Source: Ignavibacteriota bacterium
GTDB lineage: Bacteria > Bacteroidota > Ignavibacteria > UBA10030
Direction: 5' to 3'
Assembly: GCA_963701295.1 (NCBI GenBank)
Contig: OY969585.1
Coordinates: 2,400,001 to 2,464,000 of the forward strand
DNA: 64,000 bases
Below, piece after piece: positions 20,122-30,903 of the stretch; within the stretch, counting starts at the first letter, position 1, and every line of letters begins with the position of its first letter. Below the pieces are notes generated by a model. The model searched no databases, was not told the DNA's origin, and saw nothing but the letters and a program-made list of their open reading frames with translations. The translations under genes were made by a program, and so were the position numbers.

Positions 20122-20765
20122 GATATGGTAGTAAAAGTGGTAAATTCTTTTCGAATTCGATAGAATTTATGCACAGGGTCGGTTTGAAAATCCATATGTC
20201 GGGGACTCAATTCCCTCCCTGTCCACTGAAAAATCTTCTACCTTTATCCGCAATCCTGTCTGCAATTATTTTTGGAATGCTAAGACTACGGTGTTCGTTA
20301 GGGTTTATAAGCAGCGGGATGGATTTCCTATCCCTTCTTCAGCTTGCAATACCTCATGAGATTACTCTCTTATTTATTGGCACATAATCTGGGGGCAGGT
20401 CACTTCCAGACATTAAACCATTGAAGATGCATTGTCGCAAGTGCTACTTAGAGGTGGAGGTAACAAACCAAGATCTTACAATGTTTTACATAACTCCATC
20501 CTCATATATACGGTGATTACCGTAGATGATACGTATTTTGCCGTAATTTTATAAATAAGGTTTTCCCTTGATCCCTAATGACTTTTTATTCTGTATACTA
20601 ATTCAGTGAATTCAATGATAACATCTTCAAGGGGAAAATTATGGAAAGAAAATAATATTTCTTTTTCATTAGTAATTTTATTGATACAGTTTGATCAACT
20701 AAGCGTAAATATTTACACAATAAAACAGGTTGTGACTCATTTTCATTAACTCTATTAGGGTTTTT

Positions 20766-23402
20766 ATGAAAACCAATAAAAAGAATTCAACAACTGTCTT
20801 AAGCAGATGGACGCGCTTGTCCCGAATGATTCGGGGATTTCTTGAAGTCCCGTTACATGCGGGACTGATATTTGCTTTTATAGCGCCAGTCATTGCTAAA
20901 TCTCAAACTTACTATACAATCAACGAAAATTCATCACCCGTATTTTCTACACTTATCCCAGATGAAGCCTATGTCATAAAGGATAATGTAAATTACAAAC
21001 TCTATTATGCTGGGAATGACTTTACATCAATTAATCTCGCTCAATCACCTGACGGCATAACGTGGACTCCATATAATAGCGGAAATCCTATAATATCAGA
21101 TGCACAATATCATTCAGACGTAAAATACTATAGTACAGGATTCCCAGGAGCAAATAGCGGTACAAATCCAAGCTCATTGACGATGAACTATCGTATATGG
21201 TATCAAGGGTTAAACCAGAATAGCGTAGAAGGATGGAGATATGCTGAATCGCCGGATGGAATAAACTGGTATAATCACATACCCGTTTCCCAATTCGGAG
21301 CACCAGTATATAGTTCCGCCACAGGAGTAACCTATGGAATAGCTGATGTAATCTATACATCGGGAGCATCCAACACAGGAACAGACTGGACATTCAGAAT
21401 ATATGCAAACGTCCAATGGGAACCTGGTCAATACGGTGGAAAGGAACTCGTAGTCATAGCTTTTTCAACAAATGGATATGACTGGACTGGCTATGATCCA
21501 ACATTGGCAGGTTATGCAACACCAGTATTTGCAGGAACTCTAGACACAAGTCGGTTTGACTGCGACCACATAGGATGGTTCAAGGTCATAAAAAACAGTC
21601 CGATAGACTGGCAAGCGTTCTACTCCGGCGGGAAAGGGTCGACGTACCAGGCGTTGAATGGAATAGGCTACGCAACATCGACCGATGGCATAAACTGGAC
21701 ACACAGGCAAACACTCATCACAACAAATGACCCAGTGGCATGGAGAAAACAGAGCGTATGGATGCCATCAGTGGTAAAGTCTGGAAACAACTACGAGCTA
21801 TTTTTCCTCGGATCAGCAGATGTAAGTGACGGAAGTTGGATATGGTGGAAACTCGGAAGAGCTATCTTGACACCCGTTGCTGACCCTTTTGCAGGAATCA
21901 ATTTTGCAGAATATCCCAGCAATCCTTTATTTGGCGGAGATACAGAAGGAGTGGATCGCGCTTATCAAGCATATGTAATAAAAATAGGTGCAGTGTACAA
22001 TATGTGGTACGGGGATCATATTAATGCTAGATATGTCAGTAGTGCATATCCTGATTTCCATGACGTAACATTTCCTGGAACTAAAATCACTGTGCCAAAT
22101 GCAACTCAGCCTTACAAGTTCACAGTATATTATAATTCTGCTGGATGGACTCTTGGAGGAACCAGTTATTCTCAAAAATTAGTCGCCTATTACACTGATA
22201 ATGCAGACAACTTTTCTACAAATCCACAAGTCGCAGTCTCTGATGATGGAATAAATTGGACATATGTAGGGCGGACGAGCGGTGTGATTACCGGCCCACC
22301 TGCTGAGGTTTCAACCGTTTATAGATTATCTGTATTATATGAAGGAAATAATATTTGGAAAGGATATGGCGATCAAGGACAGGCATGGATCCAATATTAT
22401 ACTTCAACCGACGGGATGGCTTGGACAGTACAAGCATGGGACATATTAAATGATCGTAATCCTAGTCTATTACAGCCTTGGGAAATCGGTCCTGGGCCAC
22501 AATATCCTGGAGAAATAAGTCCTTATGTTTTCAAAGTGAATAATACTTATGTGATGACTTATAGCTCTGGCAAAACAAACAACAATCAAGGAATAGGCAT
22601 TGCATATTCTATTGATGGAATAAATTTTACCAAGTCAAGTACAAATCCAATATTTAGTATAGACGATGGCATCGCATGGAAAACTGTTAGAAATTACAAC
22701 GGCTACATAATGCTTGATGCCGGATTGTGGAGAATGTATTTTCAAGGAACAAATGCTGCTGGATTTTATGCTATTGGTATGGCAACTCCAGATGTACCTT
22801 TACCGGTGGAACAGGTATCGTTTACAGCCACAGTGGTAAGCAATGCTGCAACGCTGACATGGCAGACTGCCACGGAAGTCAATAACTATGGCTTTGATGT
22901 TGAACGTCGGTTGGTCAATAGTCAATCGTCAACACTCAATAGTTGGGGAAAGATCGGATTTGTAAAAGGAAGTGGAACGAGTAACATTGCGCATTCATAC
23001 AGCTATACAGATGTGAGTGTTTCGTCGGGAACGTATGCCTATAGGTTAAAGCAAATCGATAACAATGGGACGTATAAGTATTCGAGCGAAGCGGAAGTAA
23101 CGGTTTCGGTGCCGAAAGTATTTGCGCTGAATCAGAACTATCCTAACCCGTTCAACCCGTCGACGACAATCGAATATCAGTTACCAGGAACAGGGACACG
23201 ATTTAATGTGTCCTTAAAAGTGTATGATGTCATTGGGAGGGAGGTTTCAAATCTTGTGAATGAACAGCAGGAACCGGGATATTACCAAAAGACATTTGCT
23301 GCAAGTCGATATGCCAGCGGAATGTATATTTATCGCCTTGTTGCAACAGACGAGCAGAATAAACAGCATATATATCAGAAGAAAATGGTGCTCTTGCGCT
23401 AA
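20766..23402 (+). CDS. Tandem five-bladed beta-propeller glycosidase-like protein (GH32/43/117/130-like fold) with T9SS CTD
   Basis: Repeated A-x-S-x-D-G-I-x-W blades in two domains; PLPVE Ig-like module; YPNPFNPST CTD. Confidence 0.65.
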   Translation: MKTNKKNSTTVLSRWTRLSRMIRGFLEVPLHAGLIFAFIAPVIAKSQTYYTINENSSPVFSTLIPDEAYVIKDNVNYKLYYAGNDFTSINLAQSPDGITWTPYNSGNPIISDAQYHSDVKYYSTGFPGANSGTNPSSLTMNYRIWYQGLNQNSVEGWRYAESPDGINWYNHIPVSQFGAPVYSSATGVTYGIADVIYTSGASNTGTDWTFRIYANVQWEPGQYGGKELVVIAFSTNGYDWTGYDPTLAGYATPVFAGTLDTSRFDCDHIGWFKVIKNSPIDWQAFYSGGKGSTYQALNGIGYATSTDGINWTHRQTLITTNDPVAWRKQSVWMPSVVKSGNNYELFFLGSADVSDGSWIWWKLGRAILTPVADPFAGINFAEYPSNPLFGGDTEGVDRAYQAYVIKIGAVYNMWYGDHINARYVSSAYPDFHDVTFPGTKITVPNATQPYKFTVYYNSAGWTLGGTSYSQKLVAYYTDNADNFSTNPQVAVSDDGINWTYVGRTSGVITGPPAEVSTVYRLSVLYEGNNIWKGYGDQGQAWIQYYTSTDGMAWTVQAWDILNDRNPSLLQPWEIGPGPQYPGEISPYVFKVNNTYVMTYSSGKTNNNQGIGIAYSIDGINFTKSSTNPIFSIDDGIAWKTVRNYNGYIMLDAGLWRMYFQGTNAAGFYAIGMATPDVPLPVEQVSFTATVVSNAATLTWQTATEVNNYGFDVERRLVNSQSSTLNSWGKIGFVKGSGTSNIAHSYSYTDVSVSSGTYAYRLKQIDNNGTYKYSSEAEVTVSVPKVFALNQNYPNPFNPSTTIEYQLPGTGTRFNVSLKVYDVIGREVSNLVNEQQEPGYYQKTFAASRYASGMYIYRLVATDEQNKQHIYQKKMVLLR

Positions 23403-23699
23403 TCACGATTGATATGATTTCTTCTCTGCTGTTCAGACTGCGATTGAAAGTGCAGTGGATAATTTATGGATAGGGGGATAAGTTGATACCCTCCTCAATG
23501 AATGTCGATGGCTGTCTCAAAAAAGCACCACTGTATGTGTGCCCGGTGGTTGTTTGTCTCTCCCCATTAACCCTGACGTTTATGCGTTGGGGTTTTTTGT
23601 TTGTTATTAAAAAACAAATATCGTAGATTTTGAGTAAATATATTGGCTTTGACGAATTCGGAGAGGGGTCGCTCAATGTGTTTGTCCTTTTTGTTCCCA

Positions 23700-23738
23700 T
23701 AGTTTTCAGTGCCGCAGCTTAGCGCCCGTCTGTTAGGC
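23700..23738 (+). repeat. attC-like right half
   Basis: AGTTTTCAGTGCCGCAGCTTAGCGCCCGTCT-GTTAGGC with no adjacent left arm. Confidence 0.8.
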
Positions 23739-23822
23739 GGTGCAATAGAAATAAGGTTGCCATGATTAGTGGATAGTATTATTGCGATAATTCACACTGT
23801 TTCACAATTCCAGAGGTGCAAC

Positions 23823-24488
23823 ATGATGAATACTTATAGTAAACGGTTATGTCTGATGCTCTCCACTGTATTTGTGTTCTTCCTCAGTGGTTGCGCTACA
23901 TCGGGCTATGTTTCTGAAGAACCCGAGGCAAATACAAATGTAGTCGTTCCTGCCTGGGCACCCCCCTACCAAGATATTCATCTTGTCAGATACTACTACC
24001 TGCCCGACATAGAAGTGTACTATGATGTCTGGAACCAGGAGTTCGTTTATCTTCAAGATGGAAGTTGGATGTTTACGTCATCTTTCCCGCCAATCTATAC
24101 AGGATTCGATTTATACAACTGCTTTGTCGTAGTGCTGGACTACCATGTGTACGAACCCTGGATGCATTATCATTATTATGTTTCCCATTATCCACGTTAT
24201 TACTATCATTCAGTTTACAATGTCACCGATACACATGACCTCAGAGGTTTTAATGAAAACAAGGAAAGCGAAATCCGACTTAAACAGGAAGAAAAGATAA
24301 AGCTCAACGAAGCATCGAATAATAGACCTGAACATGAAAAAGTTCTACCCCTTAATCCAGAACTAAAAAAATCTGAATTCAAACGACCACCACAACGAAT
24401 GAAGTATTATGGACAGGATGTTGGCAAACCCGTCAAAGTTGAAAAACAAATGATGAAGCCACATGAAAATATTCAGAAGAATAAATGA
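23823..24488 (+). CDS. Hypothetical lipoprotein (cassette)
   Basis: LSGC lipobox; PAWAP...RYYYLPDIEVYYD. Confidence 0.75.
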   Translation: MMNTYSKRLCLMLSTVFVFFLSGCATSGYVSEEPEANTNVVVPAWAPPYQDIHLVRYYYLPDIEVYYDVWNQEFVYLQDGSWMFTSSFPPIYTGFDLYNCFVVVLDYHVYEPWMHYHYYVSHYPRYYYHSVYNVTDTHDLRGFNENKESEIRLKQEEKIKLNEASNNRPEHEKVLPLNPELKKSEFKRPPQRMKYYGQDVGKPVKVEKQMMKPHENIQKNK

Positions 24489-24644
24489 TGATGGTGTTTG
24501 CTTGGTAAATCTGAAAGGATGGATATGCCTCTATACTGTAAACCAATGGTCCAATTCGCTACTCTATTCTCGAACAATTAGACAAAGGTGACTTCAATCG
24601 CGAACGTACATTGTTAAAAGTCGTTGGTAATAAATAATTGCATC

Positions 24645-24775
24645 GCCTAACCATGCGCTCAAGCTGACAGAATGAGCGTAAGTACATTTTACATTGCGTG
24701 CAGAGATTTAGTGCAGATTTAAAAGTGAAGTGAATGAACTTGGTTCGTGTAGTACATTTTGAAAGTATTCGTTGA
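24645..24775 (+). repeat. attC-like site with decayed right end
   Basis: GCCTAAC-CATGC-GCTCAAGCTGACAGAATGAGC...ATGAACTTGGTTCG...TTTTGAAAGT. Confidence 0.8.
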
Positions 24776-24831
24776 GTCAACTAACCACGTTCCGATAGCC
24801 AACGCAAAGGAATATATCAAGGACAAGTAAA

Positions 24832-25236
24832 ATGGAAGACTCTCAACAACAGGTTCATGAAGTGTTGTCAGCAATAAACCAATCATGGCGAACCAATACG
24901 CCTCTTACCATGTCACAGCATTTGCACCCAAATATTATCATGAAATTTCCTGGATTCTCCGGTGAAGTAGTGGGACGTGACGCACTCCTCGCAAGTTTTG
25001 TTGAATTCTGTACCAATGCTCGAGTCCTTGAATATCAAGAGAACAACGAACAAATTAGCGTGATTGGAGATTGTGCCGTAGCGAGTTTTCAATTCGAGAT
25101 GATGTATGAAAGAACAAAGTATCGGGAACGATCAAAGGGACGAGACCTTTGGGTCTTTCAATGTATTTCTGATAAGTGGGTTGCAGTGTGGAGAACAATG
25201 ATGGAGTTAGAAGAATTACGAGAGAACCGTAAATAA
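24832..25236 (+). CDS. NTF2/SnoaL-like (DUF4440-type) protein
   Basis: VVGRDALL...GDCAVAS...GRDLWVF...WVAVWR. Confidence 0.75.
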   Translation: MEDSQQQVHEVLSAINQSWRTNTPLTMSQHLHPNIIMKFPGFSGEVVGRDALLASFVEFCTNARVLEYQENNEQISVIGDCAVASFQFEMMYERTKYRERSKGRDLWVFQCISDKWVAVWRTMMELEELRENRK

Positions 25237-25245
25237 TAATGTGCT

Positions 25246-25279
25246 GCTTAACTGACGGCTTAGCTGCATTCCGCTAGAG
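25246..25279 (+). repeat. Internally deleted attC remnant
   Basis: GCTTAAC-TGAC-GGCTTAGCTGCATTCC-GCTAGAG. Confidence 0.5.
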
Positions 25280-25371
25280 CACATGCAATTACATATGGAA
25301 TAATTACATACCGTCGAAACATCATTCCCTGGAATCTTTAACATCTTCCTATTTAATCTAAGGAGGTAGAA

Positions 25372-28300
25372 ATGAAGCGCTTAGTTTTTGTCTTTTCATT
25401 ATTCCTTGTTTCAGTTGTATCGTTTGCGAGTTTGAAACAGGGGTACTATAGATCTCCAGCTATTCATGGAGACAAAATAGTTTTCACGGCTGAAGGTGAT
25501 CTTTGGATGATCAGTACTAATGGTGGTATGGCAACGAGAATTACATCAAGTCATGGTACCGAATCACATGCGGTGATTTCACCTGATGGGTCACAGATTG
25601 CATTCTCTGCGCAATACGAAGGACCTACGGAAATTTACACTATGTCAATCGATGGAGGCGTCCCCAAGCGCTTGACATACGAAGGTCAGAGTGCAACAAT
25701 GATCGGATGGAGAGCAGATGGGAAAATAATCTACAGCACAGGGCATTATTCTACCCTGCCGAACGTTCAGCTGATGATTATCGACCCGAAAACTGGAGAG
25801 AAGAATCTAGTCCCTTTATCCCAGGCGAGCGATGGAGTATTTGATACGAGTGGAGACACGCTTTTCTTCACCCGACTTCCGTTCCAGGGCAGTCACACAA
25901 AAAGATATCAAGGAGGAACTGCGCAAAATATTTGGCGGTATGTCAAAGGCGATCAGGAGGCAGTTTCTCTGACAAGTGATTATCCTGGTACAAATAAGAA
26001 TCCTATGCTATGGAACAAGCGCGTGTATTTTCTCAGCGACCGAGATGGTACAATGAACATCTGGTCGATGAACAAAGACGGGAAAAATTTACGGCAAGAA
26101 ACATTCCATAAAGGATTCGATGCCGCATCGGCATCGCTTGACAACGGTAAAGTTGTCTATCAATGCGGTGCAGATATTTATTTATATGATATTACTTTGA
26201 AGTCAGACAATATAGTTCAGATTTCTCTATCTTCGGATTTTGATCAAGAAAGGACACAATGGGTCAAGAAACCAATGGACTATCTTACATCGGTTCATAT
26301 TTCTCCAGATGGCGATAGAGTTGTTCTCACAGCGCGCGGACAGGTTTTTATTGCACCAGTCAGTGATGGACGGTTTGTGGAACTGACACGGGAATCAGGA
26401 GTGAGATATCGAAATGCAAAATTCACTTACGAAGGGAAATCAATCATATTACAATCTGAACAAACGGGTGAAGTTGAGTTTTGGGAATATCCTGCTAACG
26501 GTATCGGGAAAGGGAGGCAGCTTACGAATGATGGGAAGGGTTTCAGAATGGATGGTATTCCTTCTCCTGATGGAAAATTAATTGCTTACACCGATAAAGA
26601 TAACCGGCTTCTTCTTTATGACTTAAACTCAAAAAAGGCAAAAATCATAGCCACATCGCAGTACGGAAGTTTCGAAGATTTGTGCTGGGCACCGGATGGT
26701 AAGTGGCTTGCATTCGTCTCGCCTGCTACCAACAGATTCTATCAGATTGTTATTTACAACATCTCTGATGAAAAGGTAACGTTATTGACCGATGATCGAA
26801 CAGACAGTTACCACCCGGTATGGAGTCCTGATGGAAAGTGGATGTATTTCTTGTCGGACAGAAATTTTCAATCTTCGGTTGAAAGTCCGTGGGGACCTCG
26901 GGAACCTGAACCATTCTTTGCGAATACGACAAAGATTTACGCAATCGCGCTCGTTAAGGATATTAGGTTTCCGTTTAGTCCTCCTGATGAGCTGCATTCC
27001 TCTTCCAAAACTTCTGATGAATCAAAAGGAAAATCTGATGATACGAAGGGAAAAGATTCCGAATCAAAGGAAAAGTCAAAAAGTGTAGAAGTGAAAATTG
27101 ATCTTGACGGAATACAAACAAGGATTTATCAGGTTCCGGTTGCAGCCGGAGATTATTCAAACCTCACTATGAACGATAAGATGCTCTTCGTAACTGAGAC
27201 CCCTCTAGCGGCAGAACGCAAAACAAAACTCGATGCTATTGAGATCATGAACAAAGATGTCTCTGTAAAATCGATCGTGGAAGATATTAAAAGTTATGAA
27301 CTTTCTGCAGATGGGAAGAAGATAATGGTGAGGAAGGGAGACGGCATTAATGTCATCGATGCATCCTCATCTCCGGTGACCGATTTCTCGAAAAACGCTA
27401 TCAACCTTAGCAAATGGACATTTTCATTTGACCCGCGTGAAGAATGGCGGCAAATGTTCATCGAAGCGTGGCGGCTTGAGCGCGACTTTTTCTATGACCC
27501 TGGTATGCAAGGTGTAGATTATGAAAAAACTCTGGTAAGATTTTTACCGTTAATTGATAGAGTAAGAGATAGAGATGAGTTGAATGACCTAATCGGTCAG
27601 ATTGTCGGCGAACTCTCAGCGTTGCATATTTTCGTCGTGGGTGGCGATGTAAGGAAACAGGAACTTCAAGTATCAGTTGGTTCACTTGGTGCGGAACTCC
27701 TTCATGATGATAAAAACGGTGGTTATAAAATCAATCAAATTTACAAATCCGATCCCGATTATCTCGAAGATATTTCACCGCTCGCAAGGACAGGATCCAA
27801 TATCAATGAAGGAGATATAATTCTCTCGATCAATGGAGTTTCAATTGATTCGGTTGCTTCGCCGAATGTACTCCTTGAGAACCAGGTTGGTCAGCAGGTG
27901 CTTCTGCATTTAAAGTCCGGTTCAACAGGAAAAGAATTTGATGCTGTCGTTGTTCCTATTTCACAGGAAGCCGCATTCAGCCTCCGGTACTATGAATGGG
28001 AATACACAAGAAGGCTTATCGTTGAAAAGGAAAGCGACAACCAGATTGGATATGTTCATCTTCGCGCTATGGGCGGTGGAAATTATACTGAATGGACAAA
28101 AGAATTTTATCCTGTTTTTGATCGGCAAGGCTTAATAATCGATGTGCGTCACAATAACGGCGGCAACATCGATAGTTGGATACTTGAAAAACTTCTTCGA
28201 AAAGCTTGGATGTATTGGAAAGACCGCGTCGGAGTGCCTACCTGGAATATGCAATATGCTTTTCGAGGTCATCTTGTCGTACTATGTGATCAAAATACAG

Positions 28301-28653
28301 CATCGGATGGTGAAGCATTCACCGAAGGTTTTAAGCGCCTCGGACTCGGCAAGGTAATAGGAATGAGAACGTGGGGCGGTGAGATTTGGTTGTCATTCGA
28401 CAATTGGCTGCGGGATAAAGGAATTGCTTCAGCCGCAGAATATGGAGTTTATGGTCCCGAAGGAAAATGGCTCATCGAAGGTCATGGGGTTGATCCGGAT
28501 ATCGTGGTTGATGATACTCCCCATCAAACATTTAGCGGACAAGATACCCAGCTTGAGGCGGCAATAAATTATTTGAGACAGGAAATTAAAGACCATCCTA
28601 TTCAAGTGCCTCTTCCTCCTGCATATCCAAATAAAGCTATGGATTATAAATGA
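25372..28653 (+). CDS. Tricorn protease homolog (S41)
   Basis: FTAEGDLW, PD40 propellers, GELSALH, PDZ, DVRHNNGG, ASDGE, RTWGG. Confidence 0.95.
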   Translation: MKRLVFVFSLFLVSVVSFASLKQGYYRSPAIHGDKIVFTAEGDLWMISTNGGMATRITSSHGTESHAVISPDGSQIAFSAQYEGPTEIYTMSIDGGVPKRLTYEGQSATMIGWRADGKIIYSTGHYSTLPNVQLMIIDPKTGEKNLVPLSQASDGVFDTSGDTLFFTRLPFQGSHTKRYQGGTAQNIWRYVKGDQEAVSLTSDYPGTNKNPMLWNKRVYFLSDRDGTMNIWSMNKDGKNLRQETFHKGFDAASASLDNGKVVYQCGADIYLYDITLKSDNIVQISLSSDFDQERTQWVKKPMDYLTSVHISPDGDRVVLTARGQVFIAPVSDGRFVELTRESGVRYRNAKFTYEGKSIILQSEQTGEVEFWEYPANGIGKGRQLTNDGKGFRMDGIPSPDGKLIAYTDKDNRLLLYDLNSKKAKIIATSQYGSFEDLCWAPDGKWLAFVSPATNRFYQIVIYNISDEKVTLLTDDRTDSYHPVWSPDGKWMYFLSDRNFQSSVESPWGPREPEPFFANTTKIYAIALVKDIRFPFSPPDELHSSSKTSDESKGKSDDTKGKDSESKEKSKSVEVKIDLDGIQTRIYQVPVAAGDYSNLTMNDKMLFVTETPLAAERKTKLDAIEIMNKDVSVKSIVEDIKSYELSADGKKIMVRKGDGINVIDASSSPVTDFSKNAINLSKWTFSFDPREEWRQMFIEAWRLERDFFYDPGMQGVDYEKTLVRFLPLIDRVRDRDELNDLIGQIVGELSALHIFVVGGDVRKQELQVSVGSLGAELLHDDKNGGYKINQIYKSDPDYLEDISPLARTGSNINEGDIILSINGVSIDSVASPNVLLENQVGQQVLLHLKSGSTGKEFDAVVVPISQEAAFSLRYYEWEYTRRLIVEKESDNQIGYVHLRAMGGGNYTEWTKEFYPVFDRQGLIIDVRHNNGGNIDSWILEKLLRKAWMYWKDRVGVPTWNMQYAFRGHLVVLCDQNTASDGEAFTEGFKRLGLGKVIGMRTWGGEIWLSFDNWLRDKGIASAAEYGVYGPEGKWLIEGHGVDPDIVVDDTPHQTFSGQDTQLEAAINYLRQEIKDHPIQVPLPPAYPNKAMDYK

Positions 28654-28836
28654 AAACGATGGAACTCATTTCATGATAAAAATTTTTAAACTTCCATTAA
28701 GCCTAGTTTATATTTTTAAGTGGACTTTTTGATCTAACAAGGAGAGAATCTTTTTTAGTAACAAGTTTATGGAGTATATGGCAAATAGTGTATGCATTGG
28801 TTAAGGATGCAATATAGAACTAAATAATATTCTGCC

Positions 28837-28990
28837 GCCCAACTAAACACTCAAGCTGACCATATGAACTAGATATGTTAAGCATGGCGAGCATAGGTCT
28901 TATGCAATCTGAAAAATTCTACATGAACCTGTTTCGTTTTGTGTATATCAAAAGTTTTCAGTGGCGCAGCTTAGGCGCCATTCGTTAGGA
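28837..28990 (+). repeat. attC-like site (154 bp)
   Basis: GCCCAAC-TAAAC-ACTCAAGCTGAC...GTTAAGCATGG...CATGAACCTGTTTCG...GCAGCTTAGGCGCCATTC-GTTAGGA. Confidence 0.88.
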
Positions 28991-29037
28991 ACGCATTGCC
29001 ACCATATAGACTTGAATACATTTTCATGGAGGTCACA

Positions 29038-30714
29038 ATGAAAAAACGACTTATCCTTTTCTGTTTATTCGTTCTTCTGCTTCCAGACTTTCTTTATACT
29101 CAAGCGAGGAACGGGATGGTTGTTTCGGCTGAGTCGAGCGCTTCTCAAGTTGGGATCGAAATATTAAAGAATGGTGGAAATGCAGTCGATGCTGCAGTTG
29201 CTGTCGGTTTTGCGCTTGCCGTTACCTATCCACAAGCAGGAAATATTGGCGGCGGTGGATTTATGGTTATCCGCTTGGCAGACGGGCGGATAACAACGAT
29301 TGATTACCGTGAAAAAGCGCCATTAAAAGCATGGAAGGATATGTTTCTTGATGATAAAGGGAACTATCTCCCCGAAAAAAGTCAAGAAGGATACTTGTCG
29401 TGCGGTGTTCCTGGCTCAGTCGCAGGATTGCTTCTGGCACTTGAACGATATGGAACGTTGAACAGAGATAAAATACTGCAACCTGCAATCGAATTAGCAG
29501 AAAAAGGAATTAAGGTGAGCGGAACATTCGCAGATGATATCAAATCGTCTCTCAGTCGCTTTACACGTTATAAATCGACTTGTCGGATTTTTCTAAAAAG
29601 CGGTAAACCGTATCGGTCGGGAGATACACTCTTTCAGCGTGACCTCGCAGCGACATTGAAACGCATTGTGTGCAATGGAAGAGATGGCTTCTACAAAGGA
29701 ACAACAGCCGATCTGATTGTTGCGGAAATGCAACGAGGTAATGGATTGATTTCGTATGATGATCTTGCTTCGTACCAAGCAATTGAAAGACCACCGGTTA
29801 TCGGCAAGTATCATGGTTATGAAATTATTTCTATGGGACCACCAAGCTCAGGTGGAATATTACTTATCCACCTGCTCAACTTATTAGAACCATACGATCT
29901 TAAGACATCAGGATTTGCATCAACGCGAACTATTGCTTTGATGGCAGAAGCGATGAAACTTGCATATGCTGATCGAGCGGAATTCTTTGGGGATATCGAT
30001 TTCTATCCGGTTCCTGTCGCAAAGCTGATTTCAAAATCATATGCTGATGAACGAAGAAAACTCATCGATTCAAGTTTAGCGAAACCAAGCAGCGCTATCT
30101 CACATGGCTCCTTTCAGCAACATGAACTTAGCGAGACGACGCATTACTCGGTGGTTGATCAATGGGGAAATGCGGTAAGTGTAACGACAACAATCAATGA
30201 TTGGTTTGGTAACAGTATCGTTGTCGATAGTGCAGGCTTTTTCCTCAACAATGAAATGGATGATTTTGCCGCAAAACCTGGTGTGCCGAATATGTTTGGT
30301 GTGACTGGAAGTGTAGCAAATGCAATCCAGCCTCAAAAGCGAATTCTTAGCAGTATGACACCGTCGATTGTTGTGAAAGATGAAAAACCATATCTCATCA
30401 TCGGTTCACCTGGAGGTCCGACTATTGTCACAACAGTTCTGCAGGTAATTCTCAATGTTATTGATCACCATATGAATATTCAGCAAGCAATTGACGCACT
30501 ACGGATTCATCACCAATGGTTGCCGGATACCCTTTGGTATGAAAAGTCGGGACTCACAGATGAGGTTGTACTGAATTTGAAACATCTTGGATTCAGCGTA
30601 ATTGAACGACACGGTTATCAAGGCAATGTTGAAGCTATTCTGATTGATCCACAAACACGATTGTATTATGGTATTGCTGATCGACGTGGATATGGAGCAG
30701 CGGTCGGATATTAA
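29038..30714 (+). CDS. ggt: Gamma-glutamyltransferase
   Basis: GGNAVDAAVA, IDYRE, ETTHYSV, LNNEMDDF, SSMTP, GSPGG. Confidence 0.96.
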   Translation: MKKRLILFCLFVLLLPDFLYTQARNGMVVSAESSASQVGIEILKNGGNAVDAAVAVGFALAVTYPQAGNIGGGGFMVIRLADGRITTIDYREKAPLKAWKDMFLDDKGNYLPEKSQEGYLSCGVPGSVAGLLLALERYGTLNRDKILQPAIELAEKGIKVSGTFADDIKSSLSRFTRYKSTCRIFLKSGKPYRSGDTLFQRDLAATLKRIVCNGRDGFYKGTTADLIVAEMQRGNGLISYDDLASYQAIERPPVIGKYHGYEIISMGPPSSGGILLIHLLNLLEPYDLKTSGFASTRTIALMAEAMKLAYADRAEFFGDIDFYPVPVAKLISKSYADERRKLIDSSLAKPSSAISHGSFQQHELSETTHYSVVDQWGNAVSVTTTINDWFGNSIVVDSAGFFLNNEMDDFAAKPGVPNMFGVTGSVANAIQPQKRILSSMTPSIVVKDEKPYLIIGSPGGPTIVTTVLQVILNVIDHHMNIQQAIDALRIHHQWLPDTLWYEKSGLTDEVVLNLKHLGFSVIERHGYQGNVEAILIDPQTRLYYGIADRRGYGAAVGY

Positions 30715-30851
30715 GACTTAATTAGTTTTTAGAAACTCTACAAGTTATTGATAGTTTAACGTTCTTTTCGTAGTAATTCTGTGATTTCTGTTTTTAGTGG
30801 ATCAAAGGGAAGTTGCTCAATAAGGTCGGTACTAGCTGTATTATATTTATG

Positions 30852-30895
30852 ATCCTAAATAGGAGTTCTTGAGACTTTGTCGCCATTCGTTAGGA
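30852..30895 (+). repeat. Possible attC remnant
   Basis: CGCCATTCGTTAGGA is identical to the end of the 28837-28990 site. Confidence 0.45.
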
Positions 30896-30903
30896 TGTCG
30901 TTT

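Noticed and set aside
20391-20402. GGGGGCAGGTCA (also GGGCAGGTCAAG near 34157) matching 898-911
   Set aside because: Only about 12 nt and without the flanking hairpin; too short to call as further tRNA-tail copies.
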